Source: an uncultured Spirochaetales bacterium
Lineage (GTDB): Bacteria > Spirochaetota > Spirochaetia > Sphaerochaetales > Sphaerochaetaceae
Length of the DNA: 64,000 nucleotides
Reading direction: 5' to 3'
Assembly: GCA_949283235.1 (NCBI GenBank)
Contig: CASDRY010000143.1
Location: 3,401-67,400 of the forward strand
The translations under genes and the position numbers were made by a program. The notes below the pieces were generated by a model that saw only the letters and a program-made list of their open reading frames with translations, ran no database searches and had not been told where the DNA came from. Below, piece after piece: positions 1 to 8,654 of this stretch (positions within the stretch are counted from its first letter, which is position 1; each line of letters opens with the position of its first letter).

Positions 1-303
1 ATCTTCTCGACCTTGATAGTTGTATAAGTCTCTCTGTGTCCCTGTGTACGGCGATAGCCCTTTCTTCTGCGGAACTTGTAGACCTTTACCTTCTCACCTC
101 TGAACTCTGCGCCAACAGTTGCTGTAACCTTAGCACCCTCTACATATGGAGCGCCAAACTTAGCAGAATCACCATCAACGACAGCCAGAACCTTCTCGAT
201 TTCGTAGGAAGAACCCTCTTCCATACTGAGTTTATCGACAACCAGCTCCTTGCCTTCTTCAGCCTTATACTGTTTGCCGAGGATTTCAACTAGTGCGTAC
301 ATG
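1..303 (-). CDS. rplU: 50S ribosomal protein L21 (C-terminal end cut by window edge)
   Basis: Hand translation of the reverse strand from ATG 303..301 gives MYALVEILGKQYKAEEGKELVV...GEKVKVYKFRRRKGYRRTQGHRETYTTIKVEK, a textbook L21 sequence. The listed + ORF 36..293 is its antisense shadow. Confidence 0.9.
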
Positions 304-423
304 TCGTGTCCTTTCAATTTAGTCTGACAAGTAAATATACCTTTCCGATTCCTTTTTCAATCGCAAACAGAAGATTTTCTCCTCTAGATGGTAAAATAAG
401 GAAAATAAAAACAAACGTTTGTT

Positions 424-987
424 TTATTTGTTATCACAATCAACGATTAGATCAGCAATCTGCTCTATATTCATTTCCCTGAAATATGCCTCTTCAAGAG
501 GAATCCATCGAGAAGCGAATACAGAAGCTTTCTCCTCTCCATTCCTGATTCTTATTCTCCTCAGTTGCTCTTCTTTGCTGATTGTCATGAAAACAGAAAG
601 ATCATAGTACTTTCCGAATCTTGGACTGAGGCTGTAAGCACCTTCAATAATCACAGGAAAAGCAGGATCTACAATGATAGGATCCTCATCATAGGACATC
701 AGAGAACAATTGAAGCGCCTGTAAGAGAAAGGCTGGGAAGAGGAAAGGTTATCAAGGACCTCTTCCTTAAACCTCTCATAATGAACATTACCCCCAGCTT
801 CCCTATAACGCTCCTCTCTTCGCAGTTCCGGAGGAAGGAAGAAATCATCCATGTGAATCACACTTCCTCCTATTCTCTCTGCAAGAGAGTAGGAAAACGT
901 TGTCTTTCCAGATGCTGAACGCCCGTCTATTGCAATAACCTTTGTGCTAGGTGTGATAAGGGAAAGCACCTTTTCCAATGCGTTCAC
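424..987 (-). CDS. small P-loop kinase of the uridine-kinase / ribosylnicotinamide-kinase type, substrate unknown
   Basis: Walker A DGRSASGKTT sits near the N-terminus and the 187-aa size fits nucleoside-type kinases. It has a GTG start (987..985) in a GTGA overlap with the stop of the S-component gene. It is the last gene of the ECF operon. Confidence 0.6.
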   Translation of the reverse strand: MNALEKVLSLITPSTKVIAIDGRSASGKTTFSYSLAERIGGSVIHMDDFFLPPELRREERYREAGGNVHYERFKEEVLDNLSSSQPFSYRRFNCSLMSYDEDPIIVDPAFPVIIEGAYSLSPRFGKYYDLSVFMTISKEEQLRRIRIRNGEEKASVFASRWIPLEEAYFREMNIEQIADLIVDCDNK

Positions 988-1514
988 CCCATCTTTCTCC
1001 CTGTGAAACCAGCCTTAGAAAGAGCTGCGGCTATTATAGGAATAAGGACAAGCTGCATTACAATTGCAGGGAAGCATGAGATGAAATAGCTTGAAATCCA
1101 CATAGGAAGGGAATAGGAACCACGTGCAAAGATAAAAGCCCTAGCACATCCTGCAACCACTCGACCGAATAGCATCGCCACGAGCAAGCTGATAAGCACA
1201 TTCGCAGTCACCTTCTTTGTCTTAACAATAGCCATCATCAAACCAGCCATAAAACCATAACACCCAAGCTCAACCATCATCTGGGGAAGCATCGGAGCAC
1301 CAGGCATACCGGTGAATAGAAAGGAAAGCAAAGGCCCGGCTATACCGCAGAGAAGGCCGAAGGGCCATGTTGTGAGTATCCCGCAAAGCAGGACAGGAAG
1401 GTGCATCGGAGAGAAGAGAACCCCTCCATTCGGAATAGCATGAAAAGCCATCGGAAGCACTACACAAAGCGCGATGCAGACAGCGGTTGCCAATGATTTA
1501 CGAAGTATGGACAT
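984..1514 (-). CDS. ECF transporter substrate-specific (S) component, substrate unknown
   Basis: 176-aa protein, all hydrophobic with about 6 TM helices. It lies directly downstream of ecfA1-ecfA2-ecfT, and its ATG directly abuts the ecfT stop codon. Confidence 0.65.
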   Translation of the reverse strand: MSILRKSLATAVCIALCVVLPMAFHAIPNGGVLFSPMHLPVLLCGILTTWPFGLLCGIAGPLLSFLFTGMPGAPMLPQMMVELGCYGFMAGLMMAIVKTKKVTANVLISLLVAMLFGRVVAGCARAFIFARGSYSLPMWISSYFISCFPAIVMQLVLIPIIAAALSKAGFTGRKMG

Positions 1515-2309
1515 TTAAACTCCTTTCAGTGCAATTGCACCGAGCAATATAATAAGGGAGAAGAGAAACGAAAGTATTTCCCTTCTTCCTATTCTGATCT
1601 TTATTGATTTGCTCCTTCCACGCTTCCCGCCATACCCTCGTGCTTCCATAGCGGTTGCTGTCTCATCAGCTCGTCTGAAAGCCGCAATGAAAAGAGGAAG
1701 GGCAAGCGGAATGATAGACAGAGCTCTATCCTTGATTTTCTTTCCTCCAGGAACTGCTCCCCTAGCCCTTGCAGAGAGCATGATCGCCTCACTTTCTGCT
1801 GAAAGTACCGGTATGAATGATATTGCTATCGAGATTATCGAGGAAGCTTCATCTACAGGAAGACGAAGATAGGAAAGCGGATGCAGAAGCCCTCTCAATC
1901 CATCTGTTATCTCAATGGGGGTCGCTGTCTGCGTCAGGAGAGATGCCAAAGCAGTTAACAAAAGCACGCTCATAATCATTCTTATTCCAAACATGATTCC
2001 ATCGAGAGAGAATGTGATAATCCACCATGAGAAATATGGCCTCTCCGATGGCTGGAAGAACGCATTCATCAGGAAAACAGTCAACAGGAATTGCCGGAAT
2101 CTCCAGAATGAACGGATAACAGGGACTAACCTAATGCCTCCGACTCTGAAAAGAAAGGCAAGGACGATAGCTGAAAGAATATATCCAGCAATATGTCCCG
2201 AAGCGATGGTGAACGCAGCAAAAAGCAGGATGAAATCAAGAATACGCACTGTGTTATCGAGTGTATGGAGAGGAGAGGAAAGCGGAACATAAGACCCAAG
2301 AAGATTCAT
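1515..2309 (-). CDS. ecfT: ECF transporter transmembrane (T) component
   Basis: Multi-TM protein with the two conserved coupling-helix Ala-Arg-Gly motifs (MLSARARGA and TAMEARGYG). ATGA overlap with ecfA2. Confidence 0.8.
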   Translation of the reverse strand: MNLLGSYVPLSSPLHTLDNTVRILDFILLFAAFTIASGHIAGYILSAIVLAFLFRVGGIRLVPVIRSFWRFRQFLLTVFLMNAFFQPSERPYFSWWIITFSLDGIMFGIRMIMSVLLLTALASLLTQTATPIEITDGLRGLLHPLSYLRLPVDEASSIISIAISFIPVLSAESEAIMLSARARGAVPGGKKIKDRALSIIPLALPLFIAAFRRADETATAMEARGYGGKRGRSKSIKIRIGRREILSFLFSLIILLGAIALKGV

Positions 2310-3058
2310 CTCTTACCTCCCAGGAATGCCGCGATATCATCAATAAGGCTGTCAAATGAAACTGTTCTTCCAAGCCCAAGCTCCTCTGATAAAGAAGCGA
2401 CAGGGGATGCTACAACTCTATCAGGGCTTCCTTCTTCCTTTATTTTTCCTTTCTCTATCCAGATTGCCTTATCACAGATCGAGGCAAGCTCAGCATCGTG
2501 CGTTACGATAACGACAATCCGTCCTTCTTTCCTGAATTGCTTTAACATATCAACAAGGATTGAATATGAAGGGCTATCAAGACCGACAGTAGGCTCATCA
2601 AGAAGTATTATCCTTGGATCAGAGACAATCACACCAGCAATAGCAACTCTCCTTCTCTCTCCTCCTGAGAGTGAGAATGGAGACTCATCCCATAGCTTCT
2701 CATCGATTCTCATCAGAGAAAGCACTGCTTCTGTTCTTTTCCTTACGTCTTTTTTATCAAACTTACCGCGACGAAGAGAGAATGAGACATCTGAAAATAC
2801 TGTCTCAGCAAAAAGCTGGCGCTCTGGAAACTGGAAAATGACACCACATGAAGGTGTCTGGCCATTGATTTCCTTACCAGAAAGAAGCAGCTTGCCACTA
2901 TCTAGAGGAATCAGGCCTGAGAGCATTGTAAGAATTGTTGTCTTGCCGCTACCGCTTGCCCCGACAATCGCAGTTAGTCCTTCTACCACACTCAAGGAAA
3001 GATTCTCGATAGTGAAATCATCACGCTTTAAGGAGGCATTCACTAACGATAGTTCCAT
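2306..3058 (-). CDS. ecfA2: ECF transporter ATPase component A2
   Basis: Walker A GASGSGKTT, ABC signature LSGGERRRVAIA, Walker B IILLDEPT. Position matches the ECF module. Confidence 0.85.
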   Translation of the reverse strand: MELSLVNASLKRDDFTIENLSLSVVEGLTAIVGASGSGKTTILTMLSGLIPLDSGKLLLSGKEINGQTPSCGVIFQFPERQLFAETVFSDVSFSLRRGKFDKKDVRKRTEAVLSLMRIDEKLWDESPFSLSGGERRRVAIAGVIVSDPRIILLDEPTVGLDSPSYSILVDMLKQFRKEGRIVVIVTHDAELASICDKAIWIEKGKIKEEGSPDRVVASPVASLSEELGLGRTVSFDSLIDDIAAFLGGKR

Positions 3059-3846
3059 ATAGCCCCCTTCAATTCAGAAGCAGTAAGCACCGGAGGGATA
3101 TCAAAACCATGGTCAAGCAAAGCCTTTCTTACACGGACAGCAAAAGGAGGTCTTACCCCAGCGCGTTCAAGAAGAAGATAATCAGAGAGAATGGAACGCG
3201 CATCCCCATCTGCTATGATTCTTCCTTCTGATAGGAGAATAACCCTGTCAGAGGAGAGAGCATCATCGGAACTATGAGTTATTATCAGGATCATTGAATC
3301 CTTCCAGATACTCTCAACAAGCGCTTTCATCTCGTTCTTTCCACATTCATCAAGCATTGAGAAAGATTCATCCAATATGACAATCTCAGGACTTACCGCC
3401 ACAATACCCGCAAGCTGCGCCCTTTCCTTCTCCCCGCCTGACAGTGTCTGAGGGACACGCTTCCTAGCTTCATACAGTCCTGTGAGGGTAAGACTATTCC
3501 TCACCAATGAAGGAATGTCTGAAAGATTATAATTCTCAGGTCCGAAAGCAGTATCCTCTTCAAGAACAGGTGATACAAACTGACTGTCCGGGTCCTGAAA
3601 GACTATTCCAATCTTCCGTCTTATCGCTCTTATATTCTCGTCCTTTACAGATCTGCCATCTATTTTTATATCCCCGCGCTTTAAAGGAAGGAGCCCATCA
3701 AGGAGCTTCATAAGAGTGGATTTACCAGACCCATTAGAGCCAAGAATTGCTATTTTCTCATTTCCCGAGGCATGGAAAGAGACTGAGGAGAGTACATCTT
3801 CCTTACCATATGAAAATGAAACATTCTCAACAGAGATTGATGCCAC
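3043..3846 (-). CDS. ecfA1: ECF transporter ATPase component A1
   Basis: Walker A GSNGSGKST, signature LSGGEKERAQLA, Walker B IVILDESFS. GTG start at 3846 with GGAG 8 nt upstream. Confidence 0.85.
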   Translation of the reverse strand: MASISVENVSFSYGKEDVLSSVSFHASGNEKIAILGSNGSGKSTLMKLLDGLLPLKRGDIKIDGRSVKDENIRAIRRKIGIVFQDPDSQFVSPVLEEDTAFGPENYNLSDIPSLVRNSLTLTGLYEARKRVPQTLSGGEKERAQLAGIVAVSPEIVILDESFSMLDECGKNEMKALVESIWKDSMILIITHSSDDALSSDRVILLSEGRIIADGDARSILSDYLLLERAGVRPPFAVRVRKALLDHGFDIPPVLTASELKGAIWNYR

Positions 3847-3899
3847 TGGGCATCTCCAGCATCCTTCTGAATGCAGCTATCGATAAAAAGGAAAAGCCT

Positions 3900-4310
3900 T
3901 CAGGCTGAGACTGCAGCTTCTGCTGCTTTTATAACGCCCTCGATCATAGCAGAAAGCGAAGTATCCTGTATACCCACAACGATATTTCCACAGATGTTGA
4001 CAGGAACAAGGATTCTCTTAGCCCTGGCCTGCCCCACAGCTTCTGCCATTCTCGGAGTAACTTCTCCGTACATGCTGTCAGCGATGCAGATTCCGATAGG
4101 CCCCACAATGATATCAGCAGATCTGGAAAGCACCACAACAGGATTCTCTCCTGTTGCACCATGTGAGGCTCCTGCTTTAAGCATCTGCTGCGTAGCAATG
4201 CTATTCGTTCCTACAGCATTGATCACAGCTTCTGGGAAATGAGAGCGAAGAGCAGCAACTAGTGCCTTTCCAAGTCCTCCACCCTGTCCATCTATAACGA
4301 GAATCTCCAT
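3900..4310 (-). CDS. DUF3842-like small protein (first gene of ECF operon)
   Basis: 136-aa protein beginning MEILVIDGQGGGLGKALV, which I recognise as the DUF3842 pattern. No function is known. Confidence 0.5.
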   Translation of the reverse strand: MEILVIDGQGGGLGKALVAALRSHFPEAVINAVGTNSIATQQMLKAGASHGATGENPVVVLSRSADIIVGPIGICIADSMYGEVTPRMAEAVGQARAKRILVPVNICGNIVVGIQDTSLSAMIEGVIKAAEAAVSA

Positions 4311-4425
4311 ACCTGAATAATCTCAGAGAGAGAAAGAAGCGTCAACAGAGCGATAATGACATGAATAATCCTGTATCTAACACTCGATAGATTTTTATAC
4401 AATTATTATATAGAAAAGTGCCGAT

Positions 4426-4473
4426 AATCTAGGATTGTGTAGTTTTAGGCCATTTTTAAATCTAGGATTGTGT
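4426..4473. promoter_or_regulatory. two perfect 15-bp direct repeats AATCTAGGATTGTGT (4426..4440 and 4459..4473), 33 bp apart
   Basis: Read directly in the divergent intergenic region between the ECF operon (start 4310) and the lipoprotein gene (start 4698). Repeat 1 covers the -35 position of a minus-strand TATAAT (4410..4405). Confidence 0.5.
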
Positions 4474-4697
4474 TGATTACACACTTCCATCTCTCACTAA
4501 ATACATAAGAAAGTACAGGAACCCTATGTGCTTCATACTGTGGATTATTCAGAGAAAGATGGAATAATCTATCTTCCTGTTTATATGACGATACTGCTTT
4601 AAGTCACAGCCATCTACCAAGAGATATAAAGCAATTTCAAGAGAAAATCCTAATGTTTTCAGATATTCCTGTTAGAATATGGGAAATGGAGGACTCT

Positions 4698-6011
4698 ATG
4701 CATCGTATTTATATACTGTTGCTTCTAATAGCCCCGCTCTTCTTCTCATGCACAGGCAATTCCAATGCTCCCACTGAGACCATATCCATTGATATCTCAG
4801 AAGCTATAGCCAATAAAAACACCAATGCGACATCCGTTTCTGACCCGATTTCAATAGAACATAGCAATACCGCTATAGAAATAACAGGGCTTGAAAGCGG
4901 AAAGATTTATACAATCTATACAGAAACAAGCTCTAATGTGAAAACTTCATCAAATAGAGTTAATCCTTTGGAAACAGGAACATATATATTCCGTGTTCCT
5001 TCTGGTGAAACAGCAATCACTTTCACATCTCAATCCATAGGCCTTGGAAATGGTGGCGAATTACGCATTGGAGATGTTGTCACTCCTGATATAACCTTTG
5101 AGGATGGAACAAATGGCTTGGTTATCGGAAAAGGCAGCTCGGAACCTATCTTCACCAATGACGATGGCTCATCAGTATATGAAGCATTCTGCGCTATTGA
5201 TCTATCAACATTCCCTGATTTGGAAAACATGGTTGTTACAGCTGTCATAAGCTATAATGGACCGACTAAGCTCAGTTACTGGTTCCGATTTGTCGATGAG
5301 AATGGAAAGGAAATACCAGACTTCTCAGGAAACTCCTTAATAAATCTAAGCAAGATGGATGAAGTATATCTTTATGCACAGCTGACCACAGATGGAAATG
5401 GGAAATACCACATATACCTTACAAATCCTGAAACTATCGAAATGGGAGAAAATCTCACAATATCCAGCCCAAAGACATATCTTATTGAACCATCCCCTGC
5501 TTCATTCCTTGTGATAGATAATCCTTCAGGGAATCTTGGAATATTCAACGATGCCCTGAACGCACGTTATGCTGAAAGCGGGAAGCACTTCTCCTTTGTC
5601 TTCCCGATAGAGCTCTCAGACAATGAGATTATCGTCAATATTCCAGCTCATACCGAACCAATCATGTTTGATTATCGAGGGGATAATCGTACAGTACACC
5701 TAGAAGAAGCTCCTTCTGGTTTTTCGATTGCCAAGATGGGGAAAGGGACAAAGACTTTCACAGTAAATGAAGGAACATTCTTATATCCTGTCATATTCGA
5801 AGATAATCTCTATGGTGCTGTCATAACCCTTGAAACAGAATCTAACATAGATGCACGGCTTGGTCTCGCCCATGAATCAGGAAATGGCTATGCTACAGAT
5901 ACCCTTACTCCAGGTGTTACATACAACGCACGAGAAGATAGAAAACTTGAATACTTCTTCTTCAGAAATGATGAGGGGAAAGCCTGTACGTTCACACTGA
6001 CAGTCAAATAG
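4698..6011 (+). CDS. hypothetical lipoprotein
   Basis: Start moved to the ATG at 4698, which has GGAGGA 4 nt upstream. Signal peptide plus lipobox MHRIYILLLLIAPLFFSC. No recognisable family. Confidence 0.7.
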   Translation: MHRIYILLLLIAPLFFSCTGNSNAPTETISIDISEAIANKNTNATSVSDPISIEHSNTAIEITGLESGKIYTIYTETSSNVKTSSNRVNPLETGTYIFRVPSGETAITFTSQSIGLGNGGELRIGDVVTPDITFEDGTNGLVIGKGSSEPIFTNDDGSSVYEAFCAIDLSTFPDLENMVVTAVISYNGPTKLSYWFRFVDENGKEIPDFSGNSLINLSKMDEVYLYAQLTTDGNGKYHIYLTNPETIEMGENLTISSPKTYLIEPSPASFLVIDNPSGNLGIFNDALNARYAESGKHFSFVFPIELSDNEIIVNIPAHTEPIMFDYRGDNRTVHLEEAPSGFSIAKMGKGTKTFTVNEGTFLYPVIFEDNLYGAVITLETESNIDARLGLAHESGNGYATDTLTPGVTYNAREDRKLEYFFFRNDEGKACTFTLTVK

Positions 6012-6018
6012 GAATACA

Positions 6019-7980
6019 TCACATCAGCGAGATAGGATCCATGTCGATTTCTATATATACAGATGATGGTGCCTTGTACTTTGAGAGAAGTTCATGGGTG
6101 AAGCGAAGAAGAACTTTAGCGCTTACTGAACGAAGAAGGATGTGGTATCTGAAATACTGGGCTTTCTTTTCAATCAGGCATGGTGATGGTGAGAATATCT
6201 CTATATCCTCATAACCTCCCATCTCTTCGAGTCTGTCCGCTTCCTTGCCAAGATTCTCCGCGCTTTCCCTTACCTTCTCTTCATTCTTTCCGCGCAGTGT
6301 AAGATTAAGAAGTCTCGAAAATGGAGGAAATCCTGTAGCGTTCCTCTCCGAAAGCTCTTTCTTATAGAACATCTCCAGATCATTCTCAGCTACAGCCTGG
6401 ATAGCTGAAGCAAAAGGCTGTGTTGTCTGGACAATAACAAAGCCATCATCACGATAACGTCCAGCTCTTCCCGCGACCTGATGCAGAAGATCGAAAGTTC
6501 GCTCCGATGCTCTGAAATCCGGGATAGCAAGGGATGAATCCGCGTTGAGAACACCAATAAGCGAGACAAGGGGGAAATTAAGGCCTTTTGCTATCATCTG
6601 GGTTCCGAGAAGTATATCTATGCGACCATCCCTGAAACCCTGGAGAATCTCCTGTGTTTTCCCTTTCCCACTCTGAGCTATATCTGTATCGAGACGAGCG
6701 ATACGTGCATAAGGGAAAAGAGCCTTTGCCTCCTCTTCTATATTCTCAGTACCGAATCCATGGGGAGAAAGATCTCTTGAATGGCATTCAGGACATACCT
6801 TCACAAGAGGTTCCGAGAAACCGCATGTATGGCATACAAGCCTGCCTTCCTTCTTATGATAAGTCATCGAAACAGAACAGTTCGGGCATGTTACTATATG
6901 GCCACAGCTTGAACAGACATAATTGTATGTATAGCCACGCCTATTCAGGAACAGGATAACGCCCTTCTTATCCTTCAGGGTTTTCCTTATAGCCTCCTCG
7001 AGTTCCTTTGTTATGTTCCTCTTCTCCCGAAGGCTGTTCACTATCATGACACGGGGATACTTTCCCTCCCCGATTCTGTCCATCATATCTATACGATGAA
7101 TCCGATGCTCCGCCATCATATTCCAGGCTTCAAGCGATGGGGTTGCAGAGCCCATTATAAGAACGGCATTCTCCTTTCTGGCTCTGTATTCAGCTATCTG
7201 ACGCGCATGGTAGCGAGGGGTGTTTCCTGACTTATATGAAGTCTCATGCTCCTCATCCAGGATAATAAGTCCAAGATTCTTGAATGGTGCGAAGACACTG
7301 CTTCTTGCACCGATCACGATATCTATCTCCCCTGACATTATCCCATTCCAGGCTTTGAGGCGCTGTGAAGGAGTTAAGGAAGAATGAAGAATGGCGACAC
7401 GACCTGCAAAACGTGTATAGACTTCATCGGAAACCTGTTCAGTAAGGGTTATCTCAGGGACCATGTACAGAACCTGCTTCCCGCTTCTTATCACATCCTC
7501 AGCTCTTCTGAGATATACCTCGCTCTTCCCTGATCCTGTGATACCGAAAAGATAGAAGATTCTGTCATTACTCTCCCTGAGAACTGAAAGCGCATGTTCC
7601 TGACATGGTGAGAGATGCTCTATTGCCTTGAAAGAAGCCGGTTCAAAAAATGGGCTTACCTCGCTTTCCCTGCGCCCTGAAGGAATCATCATTGAAAGAT
7701 TCAGTCCAGTAGGAGAGAAATACATCGTCTTCATCCAGGAAGCGAGCTCAAGAAGGGACTGAGTGAAAACAGGATCCTTATCTATGACGCGCTCAATTGC
7801 TTTCAGCTCATAATCCCCTTCAGGCTTCTCATCACTGACAGCAATAACGAAGCCTGTCATCTTCCTTCTTCCAAAAGATACCGAGACGCGCACACCGAAT
7901 TTCACATCCATATCGCTGGGGATGATGTAGCTGTAACTCGCCTCATAGGGAAGATCAAGAAGAACAGTAGCGTATTTCAA
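6019..7980 (-). CDS. priA: primosomal protein N' (replication restart helicase PriA)
   Basis: Walker A GITGSGKSEVY, DEEH box ILDEEHE, and the Cys-rich zinc-binding insert CSSCGHIVTCPNCSVSMTYHKKEGRLVCHTCG...CPEC. TTG start in a TTGA overlap with the upstream gene. Confidence 0.9.
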   Translation of the reverse strand: MKYATVLLDLPYEASYSYIIPSDMDVKFGVRVSVSFGRRKMTGFVIAVSDEKPEGDYELKAIERVIDKDPVFTQSLLELASWMKTMYFSPTGLNLSMMIPSGRRESEVSPFFEPASFKAIEHLSPCQEHALSVLRESNDRIFYLFGITGSGKSEVYLRRAEDVIRSGKQVLYMVPEITLTEQVSDEVYTRFAGRVAILHSSLTPSQRLKAWNGIMSGEIDIVIGARSSVFAPFKNLGLIILDEEHETSYKSGNTPRYHARQIAEYRARKENAVLIMGSATPSLEAWNMMAEHRIHRIDMMDRIGEGKYPRVMIVNSLREKRNITKELEEAIRKTLKDKKGVILFLNRRGYTYNYVCSSCGHIVTCPNCSVSMTYHKKEGRLVCHTCGFSEPLVKVCPECHSRDLSPHGFGTENIEEEAKALFPYARIARLDTDIAQSGKGKTQEILQGFRDGRIDILLGTQMIAKGLNFPLVSLIGVLNADSSLAIPDFRASERTFDLLHQVAGRAGRYRDDGFVIVQTTQPFASAIQAVAENDLEMFYKKELSERNATGFPPFSRLLNLTLRGKNEEKVRESAENLGKEADRLEEMGGYEDIEIFSPSPCLIEKKAQYFRYHILLRSVSAKVLLRFTHELLSKYKAPSSVYIEIDMDPISLM

Positions 7981-8654
7981 GCTTTTCTACCCTCCGTTCC
8001 GATACTCTTTCTTATGAAAAGCATATCGTTCCAGATCGGCCTCTGAAGGGATGGATTATTTATATAGTCCGATGGGGAATAAGTCACGAACACAGGAATA
8101 TGATTGACAACGAATTTCCTTCCGCGCATCTCATCCATCGGAAGATTCTTCCTCAGCATATAGGAAGCTGTATCATAACCCAGAAGGACCATAGCCTCTG
8201 GAGCTATCAAGGACATTTCAGTGCGAAGAGTATTCCTGCAGCTATCAGCAACCTCCTTTGAAAAGGAGGAAACGGGGCATTTGATCAGTGTCGTAAGCGC
8301 CCACTCCCCCTCTTCGAGGAGCAAAGAGAGCTTCCACCATGCTCTGAACTTCTCCATGCTCTGCGGAGAGAATATGATGCTGCCCTCAGGATATGGCGCT
8401 ATGAAAAGGACCTTGGGATTCTTCTTTATTACAGGCTCCGCGAAAACTCCCCTGGTTTCATAACCATTGCAGGCATGGCATGATGCCACTTCCTTGTAAA
8501 GCACAGAAAACGGGGACTCCTCCCTCTTCTTCTCCGTCTCCTTGAGGGTATATGAAAGATATGGAACTTTATCTCCGAGGGGATCCGAGAGTATTATCCT
8601 CTCCGCATCGTCTATGAGCGACATCAGATACCCTTCTGTGAATTTATCTCCCAT
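7977..8654 (-). CDS. uracil-DNA glycosylase superfamily protein (family-4-like, divergent active-site motifs)
   Basis: Family-4 UDG architecture: N-terminal CHAC, IKCPV, DSC (Fe-S cysteines), and a ...TYSPSDYINNPSLQRPIWNDM tail. Motif A is APYPEG rather than GE(A/G)PG. The start is uncertain (ATGs at 8690, 8654 and 8624). Confidence 0.55.
   Translation of the reverse strand: MGDKFTEGYLMSLIDDAERIILSDPLGDKVPYLSYTLKETEKKREESPFSVLYKEVASCHACNGYETRGVFAEPVIKKNPKVLFIAPYPEGSIIFSPQSMEKFRAWWKLSLLLEEGEWALTTLIKCPVSSFSKEVADSCRNTLRTEMSLIAPEAMVLLGYDTASYMLRKNLPMDEMRGRKFVVNHIPVFVTYSPSDYINNPSLQRPIWNDMLFIRKSIGTEGRKA

Noticed and set aside
36-293. 85-aa + ORF at the window start.
   Set aside because: It is the antisense shadow of rplU, whose reverse-strand translation is an unmistakable L21.
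404-429. AT-only palindrome AAATAAAAACAAAC/GTTTGTTTTATTT overlapping the stop of the kinase gene; possible terminator before rplU.
   Set aside because: The dyad has no loop and almost no G:C pairs, so a stable terminator hairpin is doubtful. It could equally be part of the rplU promoter region.
2193-3062. 289-aa + strand ORF, one of the longest non-annotated ORFs in the track.
   Set aside because: It lies exactly antisense to the well-supported ecfA2 gene. Its product is Ser/Ile/Pro-rich low-complexity sequence with no motifs, the typical shadow ORF of a coding strand.
4426-4473. Considered whether the repeated 15-mers could be a minimal CRISPR array.
   Set aside because: There are only two copies of 15 bp with an 18-bp spacer, and no cas genes. 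They are treated instead as regulatory direct repeats.
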